The notes below the pieces were generated by a model. That model did not search any database. It saw nothing but the letters and a program-made list of their open reading frames with translations, and was not told the origin of the DNA. DNA of 62,931 bases, the filler included, from Asterionella formosa (taxonomy: Eukaryota), in the NCBI GenBank assembly GCA_002256025.1. It is 8 parts of 8 records of this genome, joined end to end, with 100 filler letters (N's around TTAATTAATTAA, not from the genome) between each part and the next. Parts side by side here need not be neighbours in the genome. Positions count along the whole stretch, not along the records: positions 1 to 18,807 come from NKIB01003933.1; 7 more parts are not named here. One strand, written 5' to 3'. This document shows positions 1-12,897 of this stretch, in pieces. The translations under genes were made by a program, and so were the position numbers. Position 1 is the first letter of the stretch; each line of letters starts with the position of its first letter.

Positions 1-311
1 TAAGAAGCGACGCTTGCCGTAACATTTTCAACGTACGTTTGGTCGAAAGGGTACAGCCCAACCAGTCCAGCGCCATACGTCTTGATTGTTGATGGATCAA
101 CTGAAGAGGTCAGACCTCCGCCTGCAGTGTTGGAGTTCACAATATAGAAGCTTTGAGACTGATCAATGAAAGGGTTGGACGAAGCATTCGTAGACGTATT
201 GAACACGAAGGATGGCCCTGAATGCTCAATTTTATACGCCCACGAATGGGGAATGCTGAGCAAAGCAGCAGCAACAGCAGCAGTAGCAGTAGAGGGCAGC
301 AACTTTATCAT
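1..311 (-). CDS. 5' part of a secreted or membrane protein, truncated at the window start
   Basis: Not in the ORF track. Manual translation from ATG 311 gives MIKLLPSTATAAVAAALLSIPHSWA-YKIEHSGPSF..., open to base 1, with a signal-peptide-like N-terminus and N-x-S/T sequons. Confidence 0.6.
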   Translation of the reverse strand, partial: MIKLLPSTATAAVAAALLSIPHSWAYKIEHSGPSFVFNTSTNASSNPFIDQSQSFYIVNSNTAGGGLTSSVDPSTIKTYGAGLVGLYPFDQTYVENVTASVAS

Positions 312-598
312 CACCTCGTTGACTCTTTTCACCACAAGTGTTATGCAAAAACGTTTCAATAGGCTGTATCCTTTTGTTCCATTCTATATGTCTTGATTAC
401 TGTAAAATACAAACAAGTTTCGCCAACCCAAACAAATACTGGTACCAGGTACTCTTTTTGTCGACCCGAAACAAATACTCCGGGGGAAGATTGATTGTCG
501 TACAAGCTAGTATAGCTATGTCTCGAGGGACTCAATACATAGATATTGAAAAGTCACATTAGGAGAAGCCATCGTTGTCAGAGAATTGCATCGCTTTG

Positions 599-959
599 TT
601 ATTTAGGAAGGTCATTTGCAAAACGAGTCCCAAGTATTATTGTAGATTTTATTTTGTCCATAGAGACCGGCTTTCCAACGTTTTCACATCCGGGGTTCAT
701 CATTATCATTATTCAGCCAATATTTTTTTATAATTCGTCAAGTGATCAACCAATTACCGGGCGGTATATTCCTTCACGATGGGATCACTATCTTATATTT
801 CTTCACCTTGTGTGAATGCAATATCAAAAGATGAAATGCAAAATTATAATGCGGACCAGGTACCAGGTTGTTTTACTTTTTATTTGGGAAGATCATTTGC
901 AAAACGAGTCCCAAGTATTATTGTAGATTATATTTTGTCCACAGAGACCGTTTTTCCAA
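599..959 (+). repeat. About 80-bp direct repeat (599-678 and 880-959)
   Basis: Both copies read TTATTTRGGAAGRTCATTTGCAAAACGAGTCCCAAGTATTATTGTAGATT...TTTCCAA with few mismatches. Confidence 0.9.
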
Positions 960-3500
960 GGAGCAAAGACAGTAGGAATAAATTGGTAAGTTTGAAGGAT
1001 ATTATCAATGTGACGAGACCATTGACAAGGGGCTTTACAGTGACCTTGGAGATTCTTGAGAACAATGGGAATGACAAAATCTGGTGGAATGGGGAACGGC
1101 CTTTGCTGGCCCACCAATCACGAAATTGAACACCAGCTCGCATGAAATATTGTTGTACAGGAGCAGCACCAGCTTCAGCAAAAGCATTAGAAACATCAGC
1201 TCCATAGATTAACTTGTTTTCAAGAGCGCCAAAGGCAAAGAAGAGGCGAAGATCATCGGTGATATCAGGGGTCGTGGGAGCATAAGTGGGGCCATGGATT
1301 TGTGATTGACCACCACGAGTAGAACCATCACAAACAGCTCTTGCCTTTTCTCGATAGTTAGCTATCTTCATCCTTAACCTCCTTGTAGATCCAAACCCAG
1401 CAGTGGAAGATTGCAGCACCAGGAGGAAGAGCTGCAACAGGGGAAACAAAAATGTCTTTCTTATCATATTGATCGAGCTGGCCTGCTGAGACTGGGAGGC
1501 AAGCCAATCAGACCAGTCAGATTGTTTTTCAAGTCCTTGTCTAGTAGTAAGGCGACAGGAAAGGGCACCAGATGTGATGGTCCGCAAGTCACAAAGTTGA
1601 TCAAAGTAGAGTTGAGGAAGTCCAGAAGAAGAGAGAGAGTTTTCATCAAAAGTAAAGCACATGTTGCAGGTGGTGGCTTTATTGTTCCGAAGTGTTTGAA
1701 TGACTTGTGTGAAGTCAGAAACATTGTCAATGGAAACGTCGTTGATGTAGAGAATGTAGGAAAAGCGAAGGCGGGATCACCATCGACTGATGCAAGCAGC
1801 GCGCAGGTGTACCAGAAAGACAGGCCACATAGAGAATCAAATTGAAGTTGTAGACCAGCAGTGTCATGGGTTCCAGTAATTGGTATCATGGTTTCAACAA
1901 AGGATGGACCAAAGGGATTACCATAAAATTCAATAGACATAGCTTCAGGAGAAACAAGGAATGATGTCTGGTGTGGGGAATGGCTTAGTGGTTAGCTCAA
2001 CCTTCTGCGGTGGCGGGTTCGATTCCTGCATTCGTCTCCACCTGCCTTTTTCATATAGTCCCTAGGGTTATGGGGGTGAGGCTGACAAAAGGACACGTCC
2101 CGTTGTATTGTATGGATGAATAAAACCGGTACTAATTCTGCTCATTTATTTGGGCCCAATTGCAATTATTGGATAGCTTTATTGTACTATAAAATTTAAT
2201 TCACATTTAGAAGGTGTGTGGTGTGGGGAGAAAGAACAACAGGAGATAAATCCAGAATTGGAGGGGGAGATGGCTGGGGTAGGAGCCAGTGGGGGAACCA
2301 AGAGCTGCAGATCACATGAAAGAGCTGGAGGGATTGGCGTTAAAAACAGAGCATTGGGCTCTCCGACAGTCATCCCGCAGTCCCCAGGAAGCCGTTCATC
2401 TTTCTGGGGATGGTAAAATGACTGGCGTAGAGAAAATCCGCTTCATGTATGGCATTGTCCAGTGTGAGATAAATATCAGAGACTGGGATCAGGGTGGAGG
2501 TGCTGATGTAAGTGATGTGCCATAGCAAGGCGGTGTGTGGTGCTGTGTAGCCCTTTCCAGCCATGTAGCAGCAGCCCGATCAGCATGACCTTGATGAGAG
2601 GAAATATATCGATGGAAAAAGCAATGCTTGGCCAGGGTGGAGCACCGAGTGCTAGATTGTTCCCAAGTGCCACATGCATCACATTGAAGCTCCTCACGTT
2701 GGCGGAAAGGGTGATGAAGAGGCGTAGTGGGAGGTCCAGAGGACGAGGGAGAGCGAGACTATGTTGGAGGCGGTGTGCAGAGGGAATCAAGGGACGAGGA
2801 GTTTCATGATGAAAAGAAGGACTCTGAGAAATTGCTAATGCAAGATTGGTGACATGGAGCGATTGAGGAACTTGAATCATCAGGAGCCAGGTGATCCCCC
2901 TCTAGGGTCTTGAGCTGAACTTAAACAGGGAAAGATTGAGAATCAAGAAAGGAAATGAAGGGACAGTTCACAGGTATTTTTTGCGATCCTTAGAAATTTC
3001 TCCTTGCCGATAGGATAAGGTTGCTGCTGCAAATTTGACTGGATCAATGGAATCAGAGAAACGAGGGAGTGGTGCAATTGCTGATGAGGTGTAAGAAGCA
3101 TGGGCAACGAGAGTATGTAAGAAGCAGTATGCAGCAAGCTTGCTGTCAGAATGGGTGTCATGCTCTAGGTAAAGGAGGGGGTGAATAATGTCATTGGTCA
3201 AGTTAAGGACAGTGGAGCTTTGTAGTTTGAGAAGGATTAAGAGGCTACCCATTTCAAAGACAACAGCTGTGAGAAGATCTTGGGGCCAAAGAGCATGAAC
3301 CTTTTTGATTTGGCGATGAGGACCTAGATCAATCTGGGTGGCAGTAGCTTCTTGTTGACATCGTTTCCTATACCAGCCAGTCATGGATATCAGTAGGACC
3401 AGTAGAGGTAAGGGTAGTTAGTTCAGTTGAGAGAAAAGTATTGTATCGATGCTATTTATGGCAGTGGTGATGCTGGTGCAGCTCTAAGGCCCTCTGGGGG
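960..3500 (-). mobile_element. Degenerate Ty1/copia (CoDi-like) LTR retrotransposon remnant: gag-like region and start of RT
   Basis: RT motifs KARAVCDGS, TYAP, LRLFFA, GADVSNAFAEA and FRDWW lie at 1080-1360. A decayed zinc-knuckle-like CDACG lies near 2670. Many stops and frameshifts. A SINE interrupts it at 1980-2208. Confidence 0.8.
1980..2208 (+). mobile_element. tRNA-derived SINE, copy 1 (head intact)
   Basis: A-box TGGCTTAGTGG and B-box GGTTCGATTCC. The ~170-bp body is shared with 15964-16143 and 18418-18620. A flanking direct repeat TGGTGTGGGGA (1969-1979 and 2219-2229) is the probable TSD. Confidence 0.8.
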
Positions 3501-3684
3501 ACCAAGTGCAACTTCACAACCCCCACATTTGTCGAGTTCTCTAACAAAAGCGTATGATTAAATTTACTTTTAAAAATTTATTGGACAAAAAAGATAACAA
3601 CAGTTAGAACCAGCACCAGTATTTAAATTTTTTATACAGCTACATACAGTTTTGTACTGCTGTAATAGGGGGACTACGAGACAG

Positions 3685-3968
3685 CAACGAAATTATTGGA
3701 CTGAATATCTTCACCAATATTAACAATTCCAATTTGTCACCTATATGTAGACTATCATAGCTTAGGTAATCATCCAATAATGAAATTTTTACATCAATAT
3801 TGACAACAAAAAGTTGAACTCGCCGCTAGAATCGGTTTTCGTCGTCGTTTGATCAGTTTTGATGCTACGAACAAAAACGAGACATCGCTCGTTGAGTCCG
3901 TGGTGACTAGTTTGATAACGTTTATTAGATAATTATTTCTATCCGATTTACAAATAGATAAGAAAACT
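3685..3968 (-). repeat. Diverged inverted copy of the 6789-7319 repeat family
   Basis: The reverse complement aligns to about 6914-7203 (e.g. CACCRCGGACTCAAC, TGTCTCGTTTTTG, CAAAACTGA, GTTGTCAATA, GTGAAGATATTCA). Confidence 0.8.
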
Positions 3969-4039
3969 AACACTTTTTAGCTAGGTATAAAGGCGAGTTC
4001 ACAAAACACAATTGTAGTACTACAGAGGCAATCCTCCAA

Positions 4040-6660
4040 AATTGTATTACAGCGGCTATGGTCACTTCTGGGTCCGGATAGTTAATTATTTCCCAAATCA
4101 ACACCCTCACCATGACGAAAGCGGCGATAAAACCGGAGCAACGAAGCGATGGAGAGCGCATCAGCAACGTACCACAGCAAGCGTCGACTGCACCATTGAC
4201 AGAGAGAAAACTAATCCAGAGCGAGGGCTGCAGATTTCATGAAGCTAGAAAACCCGGTGGCATTGACTACTACCAAACCGGCCGAGGACTCAATGAGGAC
4301 TGAAAAATTGGCGGCCAAGACCATTAATCCAACGGATCAAGCCACAAGAAAGCAAAGCATCAACCAAGGAACATCGATGGCAAACGAGACGGTGATGGAG
4401 CTCATGGACGACCTTTCAAACTCCATGGAAGCAGCAGAAGCATCAGCGGACATGCATCAGAGACAAAAAGCGCAAGCATCAAACGATCTGACAAAGAACT
4501 AGAGAAAGCAGCGGCATCATAAATTATTTATTCTGACGCAGCGGACAAGAGACTAGAAGAAATGGAGATGGAGGATTTTCCCCCTTGTACACCAAAGAAA
4601 AAGGAAGGACAGCTGGTGCAAGACAGAAACTCCCGGAAACCCAGCAATGGATCAAGCAAGCCTTGTCAATCATCCTCAGATTCCGAAGTCAGTAAGCATG
4701 GCAAAGTAGCAGTTGGATTACTGGTTCTGGCACGGAAATGCAAGGTCAGAGGGATCATCCCGCAGAAATCAGACTTTAAACTCCAGTCGGAGCAGTTCTT
4801 GGAAAAACTTGACACCCTTCTTCAGCTACTAATGGTTAAATAAGACAGCTTTATTAAGTTACTTCCAGTAGAGTTCGGTACCGAGGAAATGTCACCAAAG
4901 GCGATTCTAAAGCTAGATAAACAGGAGCAAACCCGGTTTATCAAATTGTCTGAGGGTACGCAAGGAAGACATCCATCTCTGCATACCTTCACATCAAGCC
5001 CTTATCTTCATACCAAAAGATAAAAAGGAGAGTTCTAAAATTTTTCAGGAACAACAAATGTATGTAGACAATTATGAAAGCAATGCAAAGCCTTGATAAA
5101 GTACAACTTGGATGGTTGTTTGGGAAAAGCAGCTTTGTAGTCGCAGCAGATGGCACCAAATGTTGGCTGGAGGCATTAATGGGACAGGAACTGGCACAGA
5201 CATTAGATTTTCAGGTGCAAAGCAAGGGTATTAAGTTCTCCCAGTTCGTTATAGAAACAAAAACGTATGTATATGTGATTAGTGCAAGCAGAGCAACATT
5301 GCAAGACACCTATGATGAAGTTCTAACCTAAATTCTACTTATCCAAACAGACTACACAGTAGGATTTGTGGTCTATCAAGCACAAACCCATGTAGCTATC
5401 CAGGATGTCGAGGGCATAAATCAATTACTACATCCAACAGAAATGGTTGAGGACAACATTGAGAACTAAAATGATGTCAGGGTTCATGGACATTGACACA
5501 AAGATTGTGTTGAAGGGAGAGTCCACCACTTTTTGCCACTTCATGATGGGAGCCACAGATGCGACAGGGAAGTGCCTACTCTGTGATCATGCAGACTACA
5601 CTTCGACAGGAGTACCAATCATTATCTATCCCACAGCACATGAAGTATTAGCACTCCAACGAGCATGTAAATTCAACAATCTGATTCTACAGGAGTTCTA
5701 AGGGGAGGCACCTCCCACATACTCGATGAAACAAGTTCCCATTGGAGGAGCTCGAACAGTCAAGGAGAAAAAGCAAGTGAGTGCACTGTTGACAAGGTTC
5801 AAGATGAAACCAATGTCAAAAGTGGGAAAATGTCTTCAAACAACACAGTTTGAGGTCATGATCAAGGCAGCAATTCCAATGAAACAAACTGCTTGGAAAC
5901 AGAATGTCAACTCATCCGAGGTCATGGCAGATACAGATGTCACTGACCAGCTAACATTGAAGATATCAGAGCAGTCAAATGTACTCGAAACTCTTCGAAA
6001 AAAGCTGAAAAGAAAAATTGCGTCAATGGATGAAAAGCTAGAAAACTAAACCTCAGAATGAAAAAGTTCATTGGCTACCGAGTGACTGCAAACCATCACA
6101 CCAACCAGAAAGCATCTCAGGTGTCAGCACTAACAACCCAGGAAGAGGACACCCCAACAGAGTCAAGAATGGGAGGAAAAACAGAGAGCATCACAATGGA
6201 TTCATCTGACCAAGCACTCTCTAACAAAAACATTACCCAGTCTCCAGCACTTCTTCTCACCACAATGGACAGCAATGCACTGGATACTAGTTATGTTGCT
6301 TAGAAGCCTTTCATATTCCCAGAGAAAGGAAAATGCTGAAAAGTGGTAAACCACAAGACATTCCAAAAAACGAGCAAAGAAATGTGCCCCTTGCCAGCAG
6401 TCAGAATCATCCAGGGACACCCCTGGAATTGACAAGCTGCTTGTCACGCGCAGAGTTCGGACAACAATGACTTGGCGGCTGACAGTAGCGATTTCGAAAT
6501 GGAGATGGAGAACATAGTAAGAAACCCACTGAACTCAAGATCTACGGTAAGAGGCAGCAAACAAACCCAGCTAACTACTAGGACATAAGCAACAACCCCA
6601 AAAGAGGACAGAAAAGCAGCTGGGAAAGAATACACTCTTTGCATAATAGTGTCAGAAAAT
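4040..6660 (+). pseudogene. Long disrupted ORF, probably ORF1 of an Ambal-like LINE
   Basis: A chain of A-rich, same-strand ORF fragments broken by stops and frameshifts, including a coiled-coil-like stretch. Same strand and composition as the LINE ORF2 at 16145-18310. No diagnostic motif seen. Confidence 0.45.
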
Positions 6661-6788
6661 GCATAAACCGTCAGTCAGGGGTGTTCATGATCATTTCTGC
6701 GATGCAAAGTTTTTATACACATAATGAGCAAGCAGTGTATTGTTGAATGGCTGAAAATAAGTCTATAGTAAACTTTCAAATGACCTCA

Positions 6789-7319
6789 TCAAGATTTCAT
6801 AGAAATATAGACCATGACAATTAGTGCTTACATGAAACTCACTACAAAATTGACATAGAGGAATTTGTTCCATCTTGAAATGTTGTACCCTCTCCGAGAA
6901 TACTGTCGCTCAAGTTTTCTCATGTATTTCTACAAAAGATAGAAAACATTAGCTAGTTAAAGATATCAAGCTAATCACCGCGGACTCAACACTGTCTCGT
7001 TTTTGGTCATATCTTCAAAACTGAGCAAATGACGACCAAAAACAACTTCCAGCGCCGATTTCAACATTTTGTTGTCAATACTAGTGCAAAAAGTTTTGTT
7101 ATTCAGCGATAATCTCGTCTAGTATGTCATTCTTCATACACGTGCGAAATAGGAATTGTTCATTGTCAATATTCGTGAAGATATTCAACTCCATAATTTC
7201 GTCATGGTCAAGGTGGAGTTGCTGTTTCATCAACCCCATACCACAGGCAGCAGTACAAACACACATGCAAGTACTGGTAGTACATACCCAGTAGTATGTA
7301 TGCATGCCAAGCATATATA
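6789..7319 (+). repeat. About 530-bp interspersed repeat, copy A
   Basis: Near-identical to 15182-15708. Confidence 0.95.
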
Positions 7320-7496
7320 ATATACATCACTATATACATGTGTTGTACCAGCAGTTGGAATTCACATGTAACCCTGTAGGTCTGCTGTCACTACTACCTG
7401 GCAAAAAAGTCCACATCATACATCACATCGGCATTATATTTGGAATTGTATTATTTATCCATGAATTGCTTTTTGTAAAAAGTCCACAAATACAAA

Positions 7497-8992
7497 ATGT
7501 CTGGTTCGTCCAACTCATCTCGCAATTCCTCCTCTGAGTAGGATGATTCATCTTGCAGAGTTCAGGAGATAGTTCGTCAGATGATAGTGCTTCCTCTTCT
7601 GGGAAAGAAGGGGTAGATCCCATTAACTTTTCCATCCTGCCATTGTCACCTGGAGGTGACACTCCAGATGCACTGACCATTTTCCTCTTCCCCTTGGAGA
7701 CACTCCTTGGTGCTGGGAACCGGACTCACCAGACTTTGTCATACAGACGATGACTGATTATAATTTAGCTTGTCGCACCAAGGCTGTCAAGAAGATTTGG
7801 CCAAATGCCGAATTTACATTTGGTATGTGCTCTTATCATGCCTGGAATGCATGGGTAAAGAAGCAAAGAGGAAAGTTCAAGAAATACAGCAAAAACAAGA
7901 AGAGAATGGGTGAAGACTTCGAGGCAAATAAAAGAAGTCCCTGGATACAGCTAGTTTCAATCCTTCGCGATTTGATAATTTTTAAGTGGATCAACACATA
8001 CAAGGAAAAGAAAGTTGCAACTGCATGGTTGAAACAATGGGGTCCCACCATTCACACCAGAATTGAATTGAACAGTTCCAATATACTTCGTGGTGGTTTG
8101 CCGGCACACAACAACAATTCAGAGGGCATCAACAGTGGTGATAAATCATTCTTTGACCACAGGATGCCTTTAACGGCTAACTTCATTCATAAAATGTCTG
8201 ACATGTTAGAGGATTGTTCCAAAGGGGATCTATCATTTTGCTCCACTTTACACTCATCGGTACACTCGATCAATTTCTACAAGTCGATTTATAAGCTTCT
8301 TGAGAAAAGCCAAAATGGAGAAGCTACATTTCTCACAATGACATTTGATTTCAAATGTGACGCAATCAGAATTGGAGAGGGTTCACTGTTGATTGCGACA
8401 TCGTCATTTGTGGACCTAAATATTTATGTCCTCTATGCAAACAATGCAGTCCCAAAATACTGCAACTGCATTGTCACAGCACAGTCAACTAGCCCAATCT
8501 CGAAAGAGATATCTTTATATCGGGAACACAGAATCAGTTACTGCACTAATTGTTATGCAATTGATAAAGAAGAACAAAATGCATGATGAGTACAAGCGCC
8601 TTTTCCGAAATCTTGAACAGTATTCTGAACACCACACATTTGATGATGTCCTTTCCCTCACCCGCAGGTTTCACCTTATTGAAACTATTCTGTCCAAGAG
8701 TGAAAACGATGATGTTGCTCTAACTAACTTTTTAGTAATTTTGGGAGCGTGTGGATTGAGACCCATTTCGATTAATAGGTCGAAGGCAATGGGCAATGAA
8801 GGCCTCATGTCTTGCCATTGTCACACATATTTAGCAAACACGTGGTGTAAACATGCTTGTGCTTTTGCATTTGACCGTGGAATTATTTCTACCTTTCCAA
8901 AGACAATGTATCCAAAGCCTAGTGTTAAGCATAAAGGTTCTGGACGAATCAATTATGCGAAACGTGGAGGTAACTTAGATATTAAAGGATGA
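7497..8992 (+). mobile_element. MULE (Mutator-like) transposase C-terminal half: second D, CxxH, E and SWIM finger; disrupted
   Basis: VIQTMTDYNLA...AVKKIWPNA...MCSYH (D2 plus CxxH), HNNNSEGIN (catalytic E) and SCHC...WCKHAC (SWIM). A frameshift lies near 8430-8580. A Ser/Asp-rich leader starts at CAAAATG 7497 and contains a stop and frameshifts. Confidence 0.8.
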
Positions 8993-9028
8993 TAATGTGG
9001 AGGTAACTTAGATATGAAAGGATGATAA
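8964..9028 (+). repeat. 33-bp tandem duplication spanning the stop codon of the MULE C-half
   Basis: GTGGAGGTAACTTAGATATKAAAGGATGATAA occurs twice. Confidence 0.95.
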
Positions 9029-9075
9029 ATTTAGAAAAAAACTAGTAGTAGTGATGATTATAATAGTTATCATTA

Positions 9076-10330
9076 CTAGATAGAAATATCATTAGTTTTA
9101 CTATATCTAACAAGCTCTTCCAAGGCAGACTTAATCAACGCAAATAAGAATCTTTGCGCTTTATGCTGTTCATGGCTTATCACTCTATATGTAATCGTTT
9201 TCGTTTGTTGACCCAAGTTGCCTTTAATCACTGAAAAAATGCCGTTTCCTTCTTGTGTCAGTCTGTAAGATGCATCAGCAGCAAAGAAGATTGGATTGCC
9301 ACAGAATTGCTGTCTGTACGCATTCAGCAACAAATTCTCGGTTGTTAGTACAGCTATCAAAGAGTCGTCTTCTGGTCGACAGTCTATGCCAAGTAGGTAC
9401 ATCGACTGTTGCATGAAATTAAAGATAGTTTCCTTCCTATACGATTCAAGTACAGCAGCGATTCCTCCCCAGTTATTGTCTTGACCATTTATTAGCCCAA
9501 CCGATTTATTGCATAAGCGAAAGAGTTGTCGTTTCATGCACTTTTTCAAATTTTCATCAACAGGAATTCCTTTTGCCCTAGCCTCAGCAATGTAACGTGC
9601 TGGTTTCATGTTCAATTTATTCGGGGAAGTCATTAACACAGATTGATAGTATTTGTGAATATGCCATCCTTGACAACATTATGTTATGTGTGTTTTAAGT
9701 CACCAATCTCAATTGTGATCAAAATTTGTTTTGGTATTGAATAATTCCCGAATTACAAAGGGACATTTACAGGAATGAAAAAATGTGCATCTTTTCTTTG
9801 TAACTCTAATGCCATCGTCAGCTCTAAAGTATGGACGATCTTTTGCTAACCACATGAGACTCCCGCCACCTCCAAAATTCCGTTGTCCCAAATCGCAAAG
9901 GATACCTTCAACCTTCCCAATCTTGACATCTGTAACAAAATAATTAATCACCCACACCTCGACTTTTGTTTCATTTGGTGGATTGACGAAAACACCGTCA
10001 TCAAGTACTAAAAGAACCTTGCTTGCCAAGATACCAGGCGCTTCTGTGACAGTTTACATTCCACCTTCGATTTCTTCGTTATCACAGCTTTTGAAGTCAT
10101 CCTCGTTACCCTCTTCAAATTTAGGCTGTTTTTCGATACCAGAACTGTCAGTACTATCACTGTCGCTATGACTTTGACTGTGACTGTCATCTTCATCAAC
10201 CACTTCTTCGCTTTCGTCTTAGGTATCTTCCTTCCCAGTGGATTTCAAACCACTAGGTCGGTATGTAAACAAGTTTTGTCTCAACATGGAGGAGCATCTA
10301 TAATTTTCTCCACTTTATCAACACAAACAT
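9076..10330 (-). mobile_element. MULE transposase N-terminal half: acidic region, WRKY/FAR1-like Zn finger and first D; disrupted
   Basis: KRCTFFHSCKCPF...H zinc-finger pattern, then LTTENLL...FFAADASYRL (D1), then strands and a helix ending at TAG 9076. Stops and frameshifts lie upstream. The start is approximate. Confidence 0.75.
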
Positions 10331-10677
10331 TCCTTGCTTGGCGGTGTATCAATGTGGGTACCGGTACATCGCTAGTAAATAAATTGATTATGGTAACACG
10401 CCTTGCTAATTTCTTTTGATATTGTTTTATGTCACTGCATGTGTAGAAAATGCTCCGTGGTATTTCCATGTAATTTTCCCATGACAACAAATCTCAATGT
10501 GGGTACTGGTCTCGAAACCCGTAATGGGACATCCTTTATGCTGTTTGAACATAAATACAGCCATGACGGCTGATGGAGTCACTTTGTAAGAAAACGAACA
10601 TCATAGACCGGTGTCATTATTCGAATCGAAGTACTGGTACTGTGTGAAAACGGCATAAGCTCAAATTTTCGGTTAGC

Positions 10678-11010
10678 TTGAGCGGCGTTGCGGCGAAAAT
10701 TGATGTACCAAAGAAGTCAATTGATGTTGTTGGCGCCAAGGCTATTGTAGAGGCTGTCAAGGTCAATGCTGAATTGACTACAGTTGTTTTCGATTTTAAT
10801 TCTCTTGGTCTTGATGCCGCCAAGGCCATCAACATACTTCATCAAGGTCGAGACTGTCGTGACTCCACTTGATGATGGTTTGAAGGCCATTACTCCATCG
10901 AGGTCAATGATAACACAGGTCTTCAAGGTCAACACTTTTGTGACTACACTTGATCTCAATTACAAGCAATTCAATTGGTGATGATGGTGCGAAAGCCATT
11001 AACCCCTCAA
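10678..11010 (+). pseudogene. RNI/NLRC3-type leucine-rich repeat fragment
   Basis: SIDVVGAKAIVEAVKVNAELTTVVFDFNSLGLDAAKAI followed by further decayed repeats. Confidence 0.65.
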
Positions 11011-11399
11011 GGTCAATACTGGATTGACTGACTTTGCTTTATTTTTGAGGCAATTCCCGCTCCAGCTATCGTCTTGCCATTCGGGTACTTCTAAGTAATC
11101 CTTATTTAGGGGCAATATGGGGCACATCGAATTTTTCGGCGTTAGAATTGCCGATTTTTAGCATGACAACCAGAATAACGGTAATATGCATGGAGATGGT
11201 AGTACAACAAGCGTAAAACACACGAGAATGATTGTGACAACATGCAACATCAATGAAAATTGAACATGATGTTTGGAGCCACCAAAGTATGAAATGCGAT
11301 GTAATAAGTTGCATCAAATAAGAAATAGAAAAAATTGTTTTGGGTTAGAAATGAAGTGAAAAATAAGAGTTTCAATGGAGACACATGCATTGTGAATCA

Positions 11400-12520
11400 T
11401 TGTAGTACTCACACAGGCAACATTGCTTGACTTTCCATCACCACACAATTGAAGCCTGAAAGAAGAAGAAAAAATACTGAACCCAATTTAGACCTGCATC
11501 GTTATGTAGTTAAATGGTCTGGTTGTTGCAACCATGCGCATCGCTGTAGTAGCCTGACACCAGTAGCAGTATTTTCGCCACAGTCATCATTCCTCCAGCC
11601 ACCAAACAAGTAACCCTGATCATTCCATTCTGAGCAAGCGTGATCGCCACGCTGCACCAGCACTATTGACTCTCTCTAGCTGAGTATTCATGTAGCTTGT
11701 GATACAAACTCGTAGTAGAAATGTAGCAAAGTGCGTTAGTACAAGAAACACATCAACAAATACGAGCAAGAACAATATGTCGTCAAAGAGTAGTCATCGA
11801 TAAATACATTGGCTCATATGTGGATAGATACAATCGAAACAAAATGACAGTGTGGAACGACAAACGACGATGGAAGTGATCAAAACAGACCATGGAAGCA
11901 AACAAATCGGAACTTCGACAATTTTGTATCTACGATCACATTCAGTGTTTCACTGTTGTACTCACCGATCCGCTCTAACAAGCATAACATGCAGCAGACA
12001 ATGAGCTCATAATAAAGTCGAAAGTTCCTTTTGTAAGCCCGAATTGAGCAACGGCAGGTAGGATAGAGTGAGAATTATAATTGTGAGGACTAAATCGGGT
12101 ATTCGGTATGCAAAATCAATCAATGTGTGAACAATACAATTTAACATTCTGATCTTGTAAAGATAATACCGAGTCTACAGAGAGAATATTATAACGTGCT
12201 CAAAGTAAGCGTTAAAGTTTAGCTTAAACCATGCATGGTTGTTTTCAGTACCACGCACATATGTAGGCTAGATGACTACTGGTAGAATATCCGTTAAGCA
12301 TCATCAGATGCATGACCGGAGCAAAAACTTGCCACCAACATCAGATGTATTGCTATCATCGCTTGTCCGACGAAATATGGACGATGCGACTACATGAATC
12401 CCTTGAGAAGACAAGCAATCCAACAACAAACCGCATCAGTTAGACAACGAATCGCTACTGTGTCATCACTGAACTGATTTCACTTCAAACCGGTCATGAT
12501 GGACGATGATCGGCATGGTG
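11400..12520 (-). pseudogene. Possible decayed Kelch-repeat gene
   Basis: The minus frame near 11590-11665 reads RGDHACSEWNDQGYLFGGW (Kelch-like). GTGAGT donor-like sites occur near 11410 and 11965. The extent is uncertain. Confidence 0.3.
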
Positions 12521-12897
12521 AGAGGTGAATTGCCGGAGTCCACTTTTCAGGAGACGAACAAAAACGAGGTGAATTCTAGATATGAATTATTAAAATCTGT
12601 ATAGTATATAAAATGGTTTCCTTAAGTAGACCCCTTGCCAATTTCGGCCATCCCAGGGCTGGACTACCGAGGGGCAACTGCTACAAATTGTAATGCCAAA
12701 ATGCGAAGATAGGAAATATACAAAATATATTTTAATGATGGGCAATATCGGACCCATTGCAAATTTCGATGTGAAGATAGAAAATAAACGAAGTATATTA
12801 TAAATATGATGGGCTATACTGAGCTAAAATTGACATTTACACTCGATGATTGGGCAGTAGGTAAGCGAATGGCGCGACGATAGTAGGTAGTTTAAGA

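Noticed and set aside
1975..2040. Functional tRNA gene
   Set aside because: A and B boxes are present but the anticodon arm is missing, and it continues into a repeated body, so it is a SINE head.
7099..7314. Small ORF repeated at 15492-15782
   Set aside because: It lies within the repeat and has no recognisable motif; the identity just reflects DNA duplication.
6789..7319. LTR pair of a retrotransposon (with 15182-15708)
   Set aside because: No TG...CA ends, no PBS or PPT seen, and no gag/pol between the copies.
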